64,000 bases of DNA from Janthinobacterium lividum (GTDB lineage: Bacteria > Bacteroidota > Bacteroidia > Cytophagales > Hymenobacteraceae), in the NCBI GenBank assembly GCA_050954665.1, contig JBPBPC010000044.1, positions 18,402 through 82,401 on the forward strand, given 5' to 3'. Under the pieces are notes generated by a model. That model was given only the letters and a program-made list of their open reading frames with translations. It was not told the DNA's origin and did no database searches. Below are positions 45,426 through 53,911 of this stretch, piece by piece; within the stretch, counting starts at the first letter, position 1, and each line of letters starts with the position of its first letter. The translations under genes and the position numbers were made by a program.

Positions 45426-46460
45426 TTACTTCTGCACCAGCACTTGGCAAGTGACGATGGTGGCCGGCGTGCGCACGAGGTCGGCGATGAGCAGCGCACC
45501 ATATTTTTGGTCAGATGTGGCCGTGGCAGCGATGCGAAAGGCAATGACCGCGCCCTTCACCAGCGGGGCGGTCTGCAGCGAATCGCCGTTCGCCACGGTG
45601 CCGCTGGCAAACGTAGAGGAAAGCAATGCGTTGGTGGTAAGGGCAATGAAATCGTTGGCTACGAGGGTGGTGGCTCGCAGGGCGGTGCTGTGCGTGTTCG
45701 TGCCCCACCCCGTGGTGACGAGGCTACCGGACTTGGTGGATACCAGCCGCAGCGTGGGGCCCTGGCTGGTGCACACCAAGTCGACCAATGCCCGGTTGGC
45801 GGCCCGGCTGGCTACGGATTCGGGGTTGGTGTAGGCCACGGCGAAGTGCGGTAGCAGCAGGCCCTGCCGCAGGTTTATGTAAGCTAATGCCTGGTTTTGG
45901 GCGGCCGTGAGCGGCGTGCCCGACTGGCCCACGGGCACGGCCCCGAAGTAAGCGCGGTAGCTGTGCACCACGGCCGTGATGGAATCGGTGCGGCGCAGCG
46001 TCAGGCGGTAGGCGCGGCTGGCGGTAGAGCCCGTGGCATCGGTGACAGCGTACTCCCATAAGTCGACCCCTGAAGCGGTGCGGCCCGTCAGCAGGTTGGT
46101 GAAGGCAATTTCCTTGGTGCCGGAGGCCAGGACCGAGTCGAGGTACACCAACCTAGGGTCGGTGGGTGTGTCGGTTGCGCGGTAGGACGAGATGGGCGTG
46201 GGGTACAGCACGGGCGTGCGGGTGGGCGATGACGTGAGCCGAATGGTCAGGCGCGTTAGGCTGGGGCCATCGGCAAGGTCGGCGGTCTGGGCATAAATTT
46301 TGCTAGCCAGTGAGTCAGCCGTTACGGTGGCCGTGGTCACGATGCGCGAGGCGCTAATGAAGCGGGTGGCCCCCACGAAGTCGAGGCGCGGGGAAAACGC
46401 GATTTTGGTGCAGGCAGCGGCCAGCGCCAGCAAGGGCAAAACGCGGAGAAAAGAGCGCAT
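45426..46460 (-). CDS. Hypothetical lipoprotein
   Basis: Trimmed to ATG 46460 (MRSFLRVLPLLALAAAC lipobox). The body is 344 aa, Thr/Ser/Ala-rich and beta-type. No family recognised. Confidence 0.6.
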   Translation of the reverse strand: MRSFLRVLPLLALAAACTKIAFSPRLDFVGATRFISASRIVTTATVTADSLASKIYAQTADLADGPSLTRLTIRLTSSPTRTPVLYPTPISSYRATDTPTDPRLVYLDSVLASGTKEIAFTNLLTGRTASGVDLWEYAVTDATGSTASRAYRLTLRRTDSITAVVHSYRAYFGAVPVGQSGTPLTAAQNQALAYINLRQGLLLPHFAVAYTNPESVASRAANRALVDLVCTSQGPTLRLVSTKSGSLVTTGWGTNTHSTALRATTLVANDFIALTTNALLSSTFASGTVANGDSLQTAPLVKGAVIAFRIAATATSDQKYGALLIADLVRTPATIVTCQVLVQK

Positions 46461-46544
46461 ACGGCAAAGGTACGGGCCGGGGCAGGGCCCCCGGCCAAAC
46501 AAGCCTGCCAACGGCGGGTTGCTGGGGTATATTGCCCGCTCGCT

Positions 46545-47258
46545 ATGGCTACTTTCGTTTCGCTTGCTTCCGGCCGGCGCGCGCTGCGCGGGGCCCTGTT
46601 GCTGGGGCTGCTGGCCGCCGCTGCCTGCCGCCCCGACCAGATTGAACACCTCAAGGACCACAAGCGCATCGGCATTGAGGCCGAAAACTGGGTGGTGAAG
46701 CGCATCATGCCCGCCGACTTAATTCACGCCACCCGCTGGGCCGGCGACTCGCTCACGGCCACCGCCGACACGCTGCTGCGCCGCACCCTGGCCCGCGCGC
46801 TGGCCACCGGGGGCGTGGCCGGGGCCCTGCCCCTGTGCCGCCCCGAAACTTACGCCGCCGTCGACTCGCTGGCCCGGGTGCTGCACGCCACCGCCCGCCG
46901 CGTGAGCACCCGCCCCCGCGACCCCGCCCACCGCGCCATCTTGCTGGCCGCCGAAACCCAGACCGATACCACCCGCACCCTGCACCGCGAGTCGGCGGAA
47001 GTGTTTTTCTACCAGCGCCCCATCGTGCTGAATAATGCCTTGTGCCTGCGCTGCCACGGCACCGTGGGCCGCGACATCGCCCCGGCCGACTACGCCCTCA
47101 TCCGGCAGGAATACCCCCAGGACCAAGCCACCGGCTACCGCCTAGGCCAGCAAATGGGGGCCTGGCAGCTCAGCCTGGAGCGCGGCGGCGTGGCCGAATT
47201 CTGGACGATGAAGACCCGCAAGAAGTGGAAGGAGCACAAGCTGCCCAAGCTGTTCTAA
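46545..47258 (+). CDS. c-type haem-binding lipoprotein (DUF3365/Tll0287-like)
   Basis: Lipobox LLAAAAC. A single CXXCH motif (ALCLRCHG) sits in the context ..YPQDQATGYRLGQQMGAWQL, as I recall for DUF3365. Confidence 0.65.
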   Translation: MATFVSLASGRRALRGALLLGLLAAAACRPDQIEHLKDHKRIGIEAENWVVKRIMPADLIHATRWAGDSLTATADTLLRRTLARALATGGVAGALPLCRPETYAAVDSLARVLHATARRVSTRPRDPAHRAILLAAETQTDTTRTLHRESAEVFFYQRPIVLNNALCLRCHGTVGRDIAPADYALIRQEYPQDQATGYRLGQQMGAWQLSLERGGVAEFWTMKTRKKWKEHKLPKLF

Positions 47259-47310
47259 GCCCCGTTGCGGCAACTTAGGATCCTTGCCGGGGCCCCTAGG
47301 CTGGTGCCGG

Positions 47311-48978
47311 CTAGCGCCCGCTCTTGAGGCGCTGCAGCAGGCCCGCCACGCGGATCCACACCATGGTGAGGGTGGCCATGGGAATGAAGCGGTACCGCTT
47401 GAAGTCGACAAGCGTGTGCTCGTCGTCGATGGCCATCACCGTGTGCATGCCGGCGGGGTAGCCGGGGTGGGGCGAAAGCACGTTGGCCACCTCCCGTTCC
47501 TCGTACGCGGTGGGCGTGAGCGTCAGCACTTCGTTGAAGGTGAGGGCGGCCCCGTAGTCGCGGATGCAATCTTGGGTAGGGCGGTAGAGCTTGCCATCCG
47601 CTTTAAAGAAGGGCCCCGCCGGGCGGGCGCTGCGGATGTTAATCTTGACCGGATTCTGCGGATGGTCGTGCCAGGGGCCCTCCAGCGCATCGGCGTAGGA
47701 AATGAACAGGTGCAGCATGGGGTCGTAGTCGGCGCGGGTGTAGAACAGCCAGTAGCGGCCCTGGTGCTCAAGCAGGGTGGTGTCCACGGCCGGGGCTTCT
47801 AGCAGTACTTGGCCAGCCAGGGGGTCCGTCACCGGGGCCCGTAGGTCATACATCCGCACGCTGTTGGTGACCCACGCCTCCGGGATGCAATAAGGCCCGT
47901 GCAAGAACGGGTACGAGAGGTGGTGGGGAAAGCTAAGTACCGGAGCAGGGGCCCGGCCGGGCTGCCACGGGTAAGGCAGTTGCGAAATATTGCCGCGCCG
48001 CGTGCGCCAGTCGTACAACTCGAAGTACACCACAGCGCCTGCTGCTTCTTGGCGAACAAAGGAATCGGCGTAAAACACGTTGCGGCTGGGCAGCGGCGGA
48101 GCGTCTACCTCGGCCCCTTGAAGGCCCCCGGGGCGCAAGAAATCCTGAATAGGCCGGTTCACCACGCCCATGTTCCACTGGTCGGCCCGCAGAAAAGCAC
48201 GGTAAAAAATTTGCAGCTTGTATTTAGCAACGCGCGCCGCAAAAGCCAGTACTGCAGCGTTGGTCGGAACCTTAGCGGACTTAGAAGTACGGGGTTCTGG
48301 CGCGAGGGAAGGCAAGTCCAAGCCGGCCAGCAATTGCCGGCAAACGTCGGCGGGCCAGCGCGTGCATTCTTTATATAATCCATCAGCTGCTTGGGAAGGG
48401 CTGTGTAGCTGAGTTCGAAAAACGCCTTGCTGGAGTATCGCGCCCGTCCCGTCCGCCGCTATCCGCCACAATGCAATGGACGTGGTGGGTTCGTGGCAAT
48501 ATATTTCCCGCAGACCCATGCATGAGTATTGAGCATTTGGTACTTTTCCATGTTCAAATACCCAGATACCGTGACGAGGGTATGATAATATAGGCCCCTC
48601 TATTGTGCTGCTTACAAAACTTAGAATAAAATCAAGTTTAGCCTCGTCAACCAACGCAGCCACTTCTTCCAGTGTCACCCTCTCGCCGTCAGCCTGTGGG
48701 CGCGCAGAGTAGGTTGCCAACGGGGCCAGTTGGAGTGATTTGTTACATTCTTCTCTGATTAGTAAAGGATTATACAGAAATTTTAAATAGCCGTGCCATA
48801 ATAAATAATCAGTGGGAATAGGTTTCTGAGCCGGCGAAGCTAGAATGATCTGTAAATCCAACGAAACCTGCGGTAGTGCCAGCACAGCTAGAACGGCTTC
48901 ATTCTCCCACCGCTTTAAATTCTCGCTATCGGATATAATTCCAAATCGAATGGATTTTGTATTTTTCCTTATTTTCAT
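47311..48978 (-). CDS. Two-domain hypothetical protein: formyltransferase-like N-terminal region + GH43/GINT1-like beta-propeller C-terminal region
   Basis: Trimmed to ATG 48978 (MKIRKNTKSIRFGII..). The N-terminal ~200 aa (..LDFILSFVSSTIEGPILSYPRHGIWVFEHG) is encoded by AT-rich DNA. The C-terminal part (YWLFYT, GPWHDHPQNPV, ARPAGPFF..GKLYRPTQDC..YG) is high-GC. The domain names are my recollection and are not verified. Confidence 0.6.
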   Translation of the reverse strand: MKIRKNTKSIRFGIISDSENLKRWENEAVLAVLALPQVSLDLQIILASPAQKPIPTDYLLWHGYLKFLYNPLLIREECNKSLQLAPLATYSARPQADGERVTLEEVAALVDEAKLDFILSFVSSTIEGPILSYPRHGIWVFEHGKVPNAQYSCMGLREIYCHEPTTSIALWRIAADGTGAILQQGVFRTQLHSPSQAADGLYKECTRWPADVCRQLLAGLDLPSLAPEPRTSKSAKVPTNAAVLAFAARVAKYKLQIFYRAFLRADQWNMGVVNRPIQDFLRPGGLQGAEVDAPPLPSRNVFYADSFVRQEAAGAVVYFELYDWRTRRGNISQLPYPWQPGRAPAPVLSFPHHLSYPFLHGPYCIPEAWVTNSVRMYDLRAPVTDPLAGQVLLEAPAVDTTLLEHQGRYWLFYTRADYDPMLHLFISYADALEGPWHDHPQNPVKINIRSARPAGPFFKADGKLYRPTQDCIRDYGAALTFNEVLTLTPTAYEEREVANVLSPHPGYPAGMHTVMAIDDEHTLVDFKRYRFIPMATLTMVWIRVAGLLQRLKSGR

Positions 48979-48993
48979 TCGGCAAAGATAGAC

Positions 48994-49027
48994 TTTGCTC
49001 TTTATTTTGAACAGCCATGTATATTTG
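48994..49027 (+). promoter_or_regulatory. Candidate Bacteroidetes-type sigmaA promoter for the GT4 gene
   Basis: TTTG (48994-48997) and TATATTTG (49020-49027) fit the -33 TTTG / -7 TAnnTTTG consensus. The spacing of 22 nt is slightly long. It lies 27 nt upstream of ATG 49055. Confidence 0.3.
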
Positions 49028-49054
49028 ATCAATAAATTTTTACCCCTAATTATA

Positions 49055-50176
49055 ATGAAAACCTCTACCAAAGACGCAAGAATATTAAAGCCTCTTATTT
49101 CACTTAAAGAAGCTGGTACTCCTTCATTAAGAATACTGTTATTATCACATTATTTCTATCCTGAAATTGGTGGCATTGAAGTTAACTCAGAAATTTATGC
49201 ACGGGCTTTTGCTGCTGCCGGACACGACGTGCATTTATTGACTTGGTCGGTTATCGACACAGAAGTCCCATTCCCATTTACGGTGGTGCGCAACCCAAGC
49301 AATTCGGCGCTTTTTAAAGAGCATGCGTGGGCTGATATCGTTTTTGAGAATAACCCGTGCCTGCGGATGGCGTGGCCGGGGCTGTTTTTTGGCCGTCCCT
49401 CCGTGGTCTCCATGAACACGGAGTTGTACCGGACCAGCAGTTCGGGCTGGTTCAGCATGCGCTGGGTCAAGCGAGCTTGGTTGTGGCGGACCGGGGCCGT
49501 GATTTCGGTGAGCGATGCGCTCCGCAAGCAGTTTTGGCCGGCCGCGTCGGTCATCGGCAACCCGTACCGGGCGCAGGATTTTAAGGTGCTAGACCACATA
49601 AGCCGAACGGACAACTTCGTATTTCTAGGTCGTTTAGTTTCTCAAAAAGGCGCTGACCTGGCTGTGGAGGCCTTTCACTGCGTGCTGGCGAAATTAGCTG
49701 AACGCGACCCGGGGGCCCCACGGCCCACGCTAACTATTATTGGCGACGGGCCCGAGCGGGCCAATTTGGAGCAGCAAGTGGCCGCGCTTCACTTAGGGAA
49801 TTACGTGCGATTCACTGGGTTTATGCAAGGGCGGACGCTAGTAGAAGAACTGAACCGCCACCGATACCTGCTGGTGCCGTCGCTGTACGGCGAAGCTTTT
49901 GGCAACGTCGTGCTGGAAGGCATGGCCTGCGGGTGCCTGCCCATCGTGTCGGACAGCGACGGCTTGCCCGAAGCTGCTGGTAGGGCGGGCCTTGTGTTCC
50001 GCCGCAACGACGCCAATGCATTGGCCGCGGCCATTTACTACATTATTCACGAGCCGGTGCTGGAGATGCAACTCCGCGAAGCGGCGCCTGCGCACTTGAG
50101 CGCCCACCAGCCCGAGGCCGTGTCGCAGCGCTACCTGCAAGTATTGGAAGCCACCTTGCCAGCGACGGCTAGGTAG
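49055..50176 (+). CDS. Glycosyltransferase family 4 (GT-B, GT1-type)
   Basis: Trimmed to ATG 49055. N-terminus: ILLLSHYFYPEIGGIEV. EX7E region: PSLYGEAFGNVVLEGMACGCLPIVSD. Confidence 0.9.
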   Translation: MKTSTKDARILKPLISLKEAGTPSLRILLLSHYFYPEIGGIEVNSEIYARAFAAAGHDVHLLTWSVIDTEVPFPFTVVRNPSNSALFKEHAWADIVFENNPCLRMAWPGLFFGRPSVVSMNTELYRTSSSGWFSMRWVKRAWLWRTGAVISVSDALRKQFWPAASVIGNPYRAQDFKVLDHISRTDNFVFLGRLVSQKGADLAVEAFHCVLAKLAERDPGAPRPTLTIIGDGPERANLEQQVAALHLGNYVRFTGFMQGRTLVEELNRHRYLLVPSLYGEAFGNVVLEGMACGCLPIVSDSDGLPEAAGRAGLVFRRNDANALAAAIYYIIHEPVLEMQLREAAPAHLSAHQPEAVSQRYLQVLEATLPATAR

Positions 50177-50177
50177 G

Positions 50178-50219
50178 CCTTGGCCCGGGGCCCCAAAGTA
50201 TTTGGGCCCCGGGCCAAGG
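50178..50219 (+). terminator. Hairpin downstream of the GT4 gene
   Basis: CCTTGGCCCGGGGCCCCAAA / TTTGGGCCCCGGGCCAAGG, about 19 bp with one bulge and a 3-nt loop. Confidence 0.6.
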
Positions 50220-50275
50220 GGTAGTGCGCGCCGCCCGTGCCAACCTTGGGGCCCGGTTTGGAGTTAATCCGGGCC

Positions 50276-51538
50276 ATGACTGTTGATTCTTCTGCTCCCG
50301 TTGTTATTGTTGGGGCCGGCATGGCTGGCCTGGCGTGTGCCACTTGGTTGCACCGCGCTGGCCGCGCCGTGCGCGTGCTGGAGGCAGCCGACGCTGTGGG
50401 CGGGCGCGTGCGCACCGACGCCACGCCCGACGGCTTCCGCCTCGACCGCGGTTTCCAGGTGCTGCTGACGGAATACCCGGAAGCCCGGCGCATGTTCGAC
50501 TACAAGGCCCTCGACTTGCGGGCATTCCGCTCGGGGGCCGTCATCCGGCTGCCCAACGGCACCGAAACCACCTTGCAAAACCCGTTGCAGCGGCCGCTGG
50601 CGGCGTTTTCGGCGCTGGTGTCTCCCATTGGCAATTTGGCTGATAAGCTGCGCATCCTCGGCTTGGTACGCCACGTGCAGCAGCACACGCCGGAAGAACT
50701 GCTGGCCCGCCCGGCCACCGCTACGCTGGGCTTTCTGCGGCGCTGCGGCTGGAGCGAAACGATGATCGACAACTTCTTCCGGCCCTTTTTTGGCGGTGTA
50801 TTCCTCGACCGGGGCCTGAGCACGGCCAGCAATTTCTTTGAGTTTGTGTTTCAGCAATTTGTGCGGGGACAGGCCACGGTGCCGGCCCTGGGCATGCAGC
50901 AGCTACCCGAGCAACTGGCCGCTCGCTTGCCAGCGGGTACTGTTCGACTGAATACTGCCGTGGAGGCACTGGATGGGCCCTACGTGCGCTTGGCTTCGGG
51001 CGAGGCGTTGGCGGCCGCAGCCGTAGTACTGGCCGTGGATGGCCCCGCCTTGGCGCGCCTGCTGCCCGCTGCCAGAGGGCCCGAATCTGGCAGTCGCCTC
51101 ACTACCAACACGTATTTCGTGGCTGAGGGCCATTCGCCCGGCCGCGGCGATGGTTTGCTGCGCCTTAACGCGGCGCCGGGGGCCCTGGCCCACAACGTGA
51201 GCTTCCCTGCCGACGTGGCGCCGGCGTATGCCCCGGCCGGCCGGGCCCTGGTGTCGGTGAGCACCCACGGCGACACCGGCCTTTCGGAGGCGGCGCTGGC
51301 TGTGCGCTTGCACGAAGAGCTAATTGCCTGGTTTGGGCCCATCGCCCAGCCGTGGCGGCACCTGCGCTCCTACCGCGTCGCGCACGCCCTGTCGGCATAC
51401 CCCGCCGGCCAGCCGGTGCAACAGCCGCTCAAATTGGCCGATGGCCTCTACCGCTGCGGCGACTGGGCCGCCTACCCGTCGCTAAACGCGGCGCTGGCTA
51501 CCGGCCGCCAAGTGGCGGAGGCTATTATCGCTGGGTAA
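50276..51538 (+). CDS. NAD(P)/FAD-dependent oxidoreductase (amine-oxidase/phytoene-desaturase fold)
   Basis: First ATG at 50276. Dinucleotide motif: VVIVGAGMAGLACATWLHRAGRAVRVLEAADAVGGR. Confidence 0.85.
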   Translation: MTVDSSAPVVIVGAGMAGLACATWLHRAGRAVRVLEAADAVGGRVRTDATPDGFRLDRGFQVLLTEYPEARRMFDYKALDLRAFRSGAVIRLPNGTETTLQNPLQRPLAAFSALVSPIGNLADKLRILGLVRHVQQHTPEELLARPATATLGFLRRCGWSETMIDNFFRPFFGGVFLDRGLSTASNFFEFVFQQFVRGQATVPALGMQQLPEQLAARLPAGTVRLNTAVEALDGPYVRLASGEALAAAAVVLAVDGPALARLLPAARGPESGSRLTTNTYFVAEGHSPGRGDGLLRLNAAPGALAHNVSFPADVAPAYAPAGRALVSVSTHGDTGLSEAALAVRLHEELIAWFGPIAQPWRHLRSYRVAHALSAYPAGQPVQQPLKLADGLYRCGDWAAYPSLNAALATGRQVAEAIIAG

Positions 51539-51606
51539 GCTAGCGTCAAAGCTCGCGATATATTCAGTTGATTACTAATTGGTTTCGAAGAATTGCAGCC
51601 TCCGTA

Positions 51607-53445
51607 CTACTTCCGCTTTAGTTCGTAAATGTGGGCGGACAGTGGCTCTAATACTTCGTTGAGGGCTTGCAGGGGTTCGCCGTCGTTCAGCAAGTCGGTG
51701 TAGGTGTACACGGCCTGCGCCGTGCTGGGGATGCCCATGGCCTGAAACGCGGCGGGCGAAATGGTAAGGCCGGGCCGGTAGGCCTTGTCGGGGCTGAAGT
51801 TGACGACCACCAGCACCTGCTGCTTCTCGGTGTAGCGTAGGTAGGCGTAGAGGTGGCGCTGGTTGTACTGCTTGCCCAAGTTGTTGGCGTCCTGCAATTC
51901 GTAAAATTTGCCCCGGCGAATGGCGTCGCTGGTGCCGGCCAGCGTGAGCAAGCGTTGATAAAAACCGCGCAATTCCCGCTGCTCCTTGCTCAGCTTGCCA
52001 CCGTCGCACTTGCCTTGGTTCAACCATTTCTGGTGCTCGGGCACGCCCCAGTAGTCGAAAATGGTGGTGCGGCCGTCTTCGCTGCTGAAGCCCTCACTGC
52101 CCCGGCCGGGCTCGCCCACTTCTTGCCCAAAGTACAGCATCACGGGCCCCGAGGCCAGGGTAGCCGTCACGGCCATGGCCGGAATGGCGCGCAACGGGTC
52201 GGTAGCAAAGTCCTTGCTGGCAATGCGTTGCTCGTCGTGGTTCTCCAAAAAGCGCAGCATGTGCGACGAAAACCCGCGGCTTTCCTGCTGCCACACCTGC
52301 GTAAGGTCGTCGGTGCTGCCTTCGTTGCGCATCAGCCGGCGCAGGCCGTCGTACAGGCCTACCTTGTCGTAGAGGTAATCGAAATGGCCTTTTTCGAGAT
52401 AGGTTTTATACTCTTTGTTGTTGTAAGCTTCCCCGATAAACACAAGGTTTGGCTTCACTTTTTTCAGCTCTGGAATAGCGTAGGCCCAGAACTCGACGGG
52501 CACCATCTCCACCATGTCGCAGCGGAAGCCGTCCACGTCCTTTTGGGCCCAAAACACCAGGATGTCGCGCATTTTCTTCCACGTGTCGGGCACGGGGCTG
52601 AAGTGCGGGGCCCGGCCGTGCTGGTAGTCCACGCCGTAGTTCAGCTTCACCGTTTCAAACCAGTCGTTGACGCTGGGCGCGGCCGAAAACACGTCGTTGC
52701 CGGTGGCCTTGGCGGGGGATTCGGCGTACTTGCCTTCCTCGCGCGGGCCTTTTAGGGGCCCCAGCGGGTTGTAGCCGGCGGGCACCACGAAGGGCTGGCC
52801 GGGCAAGTAGTAGAAATTGTTCTGGGGCCCAAAGGCCAGGGTTTTGTTATCGGTCGCGCCCAGGTCCACCACGCCCACGGGCTTGGCGTCCGACTTGTAC
52901 GAGCGGGCCACGTGGTTGGGCACGAAGTCCATCAGCACCTTCAGGCCGTGGGCGTGGGTGCGCTGGATGAGGGCCTCGTACTCGGCCATGCGGTTTTTGG
53001 GGGCCACGGCCAAGTCGGGGGCCACGTCGTAATAATCCTTAATGGCGTAGGGCGAGCCGGCGCGCCCCTTCACCACGTCGGCGTCGTCGGCCGGAATGCC
53101 TTGGGCGGCGTAGTCCGTCATGGTGGCGTGCTCAATCACGCCGGTGTACCACACGTGGCTCACGCCCAGGGCCTTAATTTCGTCCAGGGCTTTGTCGGTG
53201 ATGTCGTTGAACTTGCCGCAGCCATTTTCGGCAATGGTGCCGTAAGGTTTGTTCAGGGCCACCTTGTTGCCGAACAGCCGCGTCATCACCTGGTAGATGA
53301 TGAGCTTGTGGTCCTGGGGCACCTCGTCGGTGGTGTTCGGGTCGGCGGCCAGGGCGGGCGCGGGCGTGGAAGTGGGCACGGGAGAAAGGGGCAAGGAAGG
53401 CGCGGCCAGGGTCAGCAAGCCAGCGGCTAGCAGCAGGTTTTTCAT
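51607..53445 (-). CDS. GH13 alpha-amylase-family glycoside hydrolase
   Basis: Trimmed to ATG 53445 (signal MKNLLLAAGLLTLAAP). GH13 regions: DFVPNHVA, GFRCDMVEMVP, FIGEAY, FLENHDEQR. Confidence 0.9.
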   Translation of the reverse strand: MKNLLLAAGLLTLAAPSLPLSPVPTSTPAPALAADPNTTDEVPQDHKLIIYQVMTRLFGNKVALNKPYGTIAENGCGKFNDITDKALDEIKALGVSHVWYTGVIEHATMTDYAAQGIPADDADVVKGRAGSPYAIKDYYDVAPDLAVAPKNRMAEYEALIQRTHAHGLKVLMDFVPNHVARSYKSDAKPVGVVDLGATDNKTLAFGPQNNFYYLPGQPFVVPAGYNPLGPLKGPREEGKYAESPAKATGNDVFSAAPSVNDWFETVKLNYGVDYQHGRAPHFSPVPDTWKKMRDILVFWAQKDVDGFRCDMVEMVPVEFWAYAIPELKKVKPNLVFIGEAYNNKEYKTYLEKGHFDYLYDKVGLYDGLRRLMRNEGSTDDLTQVWQQESRGFSSHMLRFLENHDEQRIASKDFATDPLRAIPAMAVTATLASGPVMLYFGQEVGEPGRGSEGFSSEDGRTTIFDYWGVPEHQKWLNQGKCDGGKLSKEQRELRGFYQRLLTLAGTSDAIRRGKFYELQDANNLGKQYNQRHLYAYLRYTEKQQVLVVVNFSPDKAYRPGLTISPAAFQAMGIPSTAQAVYTYTDLLNDGEPLQALNEVLEPLSAHIYELKRK

Positions 53446-53522
53446 AGGGCGGCAAGTTAAGCAAATGGCACGCGTGCTGAAAAATGCTTCACCCGGGGCC
53501 CCCATCTTGCCCAGCCGGGGGC

Positions 53523-53560
53523 CATAAAAAAGGCGCGGGCCCCACCGGGGCCCGCGCCTT
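53523..53560 (-). terminator. Rho-independent terminator
   Basis: Stem AAGGCGCGGGCCCC / GGGGCCCGCGCCTT. On the minus strand it is followed by TTTTTTAT. It lies 20 nt after the stop at 53580. Confidence 0.8.
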
Positions 53561-53579
53561 GTCAGCAGCGGTGCGCTGC

Positions 53580-53819
53580 TTAGTCGTCGTTGCGGCTAAT
53601 CAGCACCACGGCCACGGTGGCCACGGCGGCAATGCCCAGCACCAACTGGGTAGTGGTGAATTTTTTGGCGGCTTTGCGCAGCAGGATGCCGCCGTTTTTC
53701 AGCAGGTCGTCCATGTGTTCGGTTTTGCCTTGGAACACGTGGTAGGCACTTTCGAAGGTGCGCACCAGGTCTTCGGGCAGGATTTTTTCGAGTTGAATGT
53801 CGAGGTCGTCGGAGGCCAT
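53580..53819 (-). CDS. Small tail-anchored hypothetical protein (79 aa)
   Basis: Amphipathic N-terminal part, a single C-terminal TM (LVLGIAAVATVAVVLI), and its own terminator. It lies downstream of the DUF1800/DUF1501 pair on the same strand. Confidence 0.55.
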   Translation of the reverse strand: MASDDLDIQLEKILPEDLVRTFESAYHVFQGKTEHMDDLLKNGGILLRKAAKKFTTTQLVLGIAAVATVAVVLISRNDD

Positions 53820-53911
53820 GATGTTAATGCAAAACGGGTAGGAAGTAGCCGGCCCGGCGGGGCCCGCGGTTCCCTTCTACGGGCCCACCGGGGCGGGGTT
53901 GTGGCCCAGCT

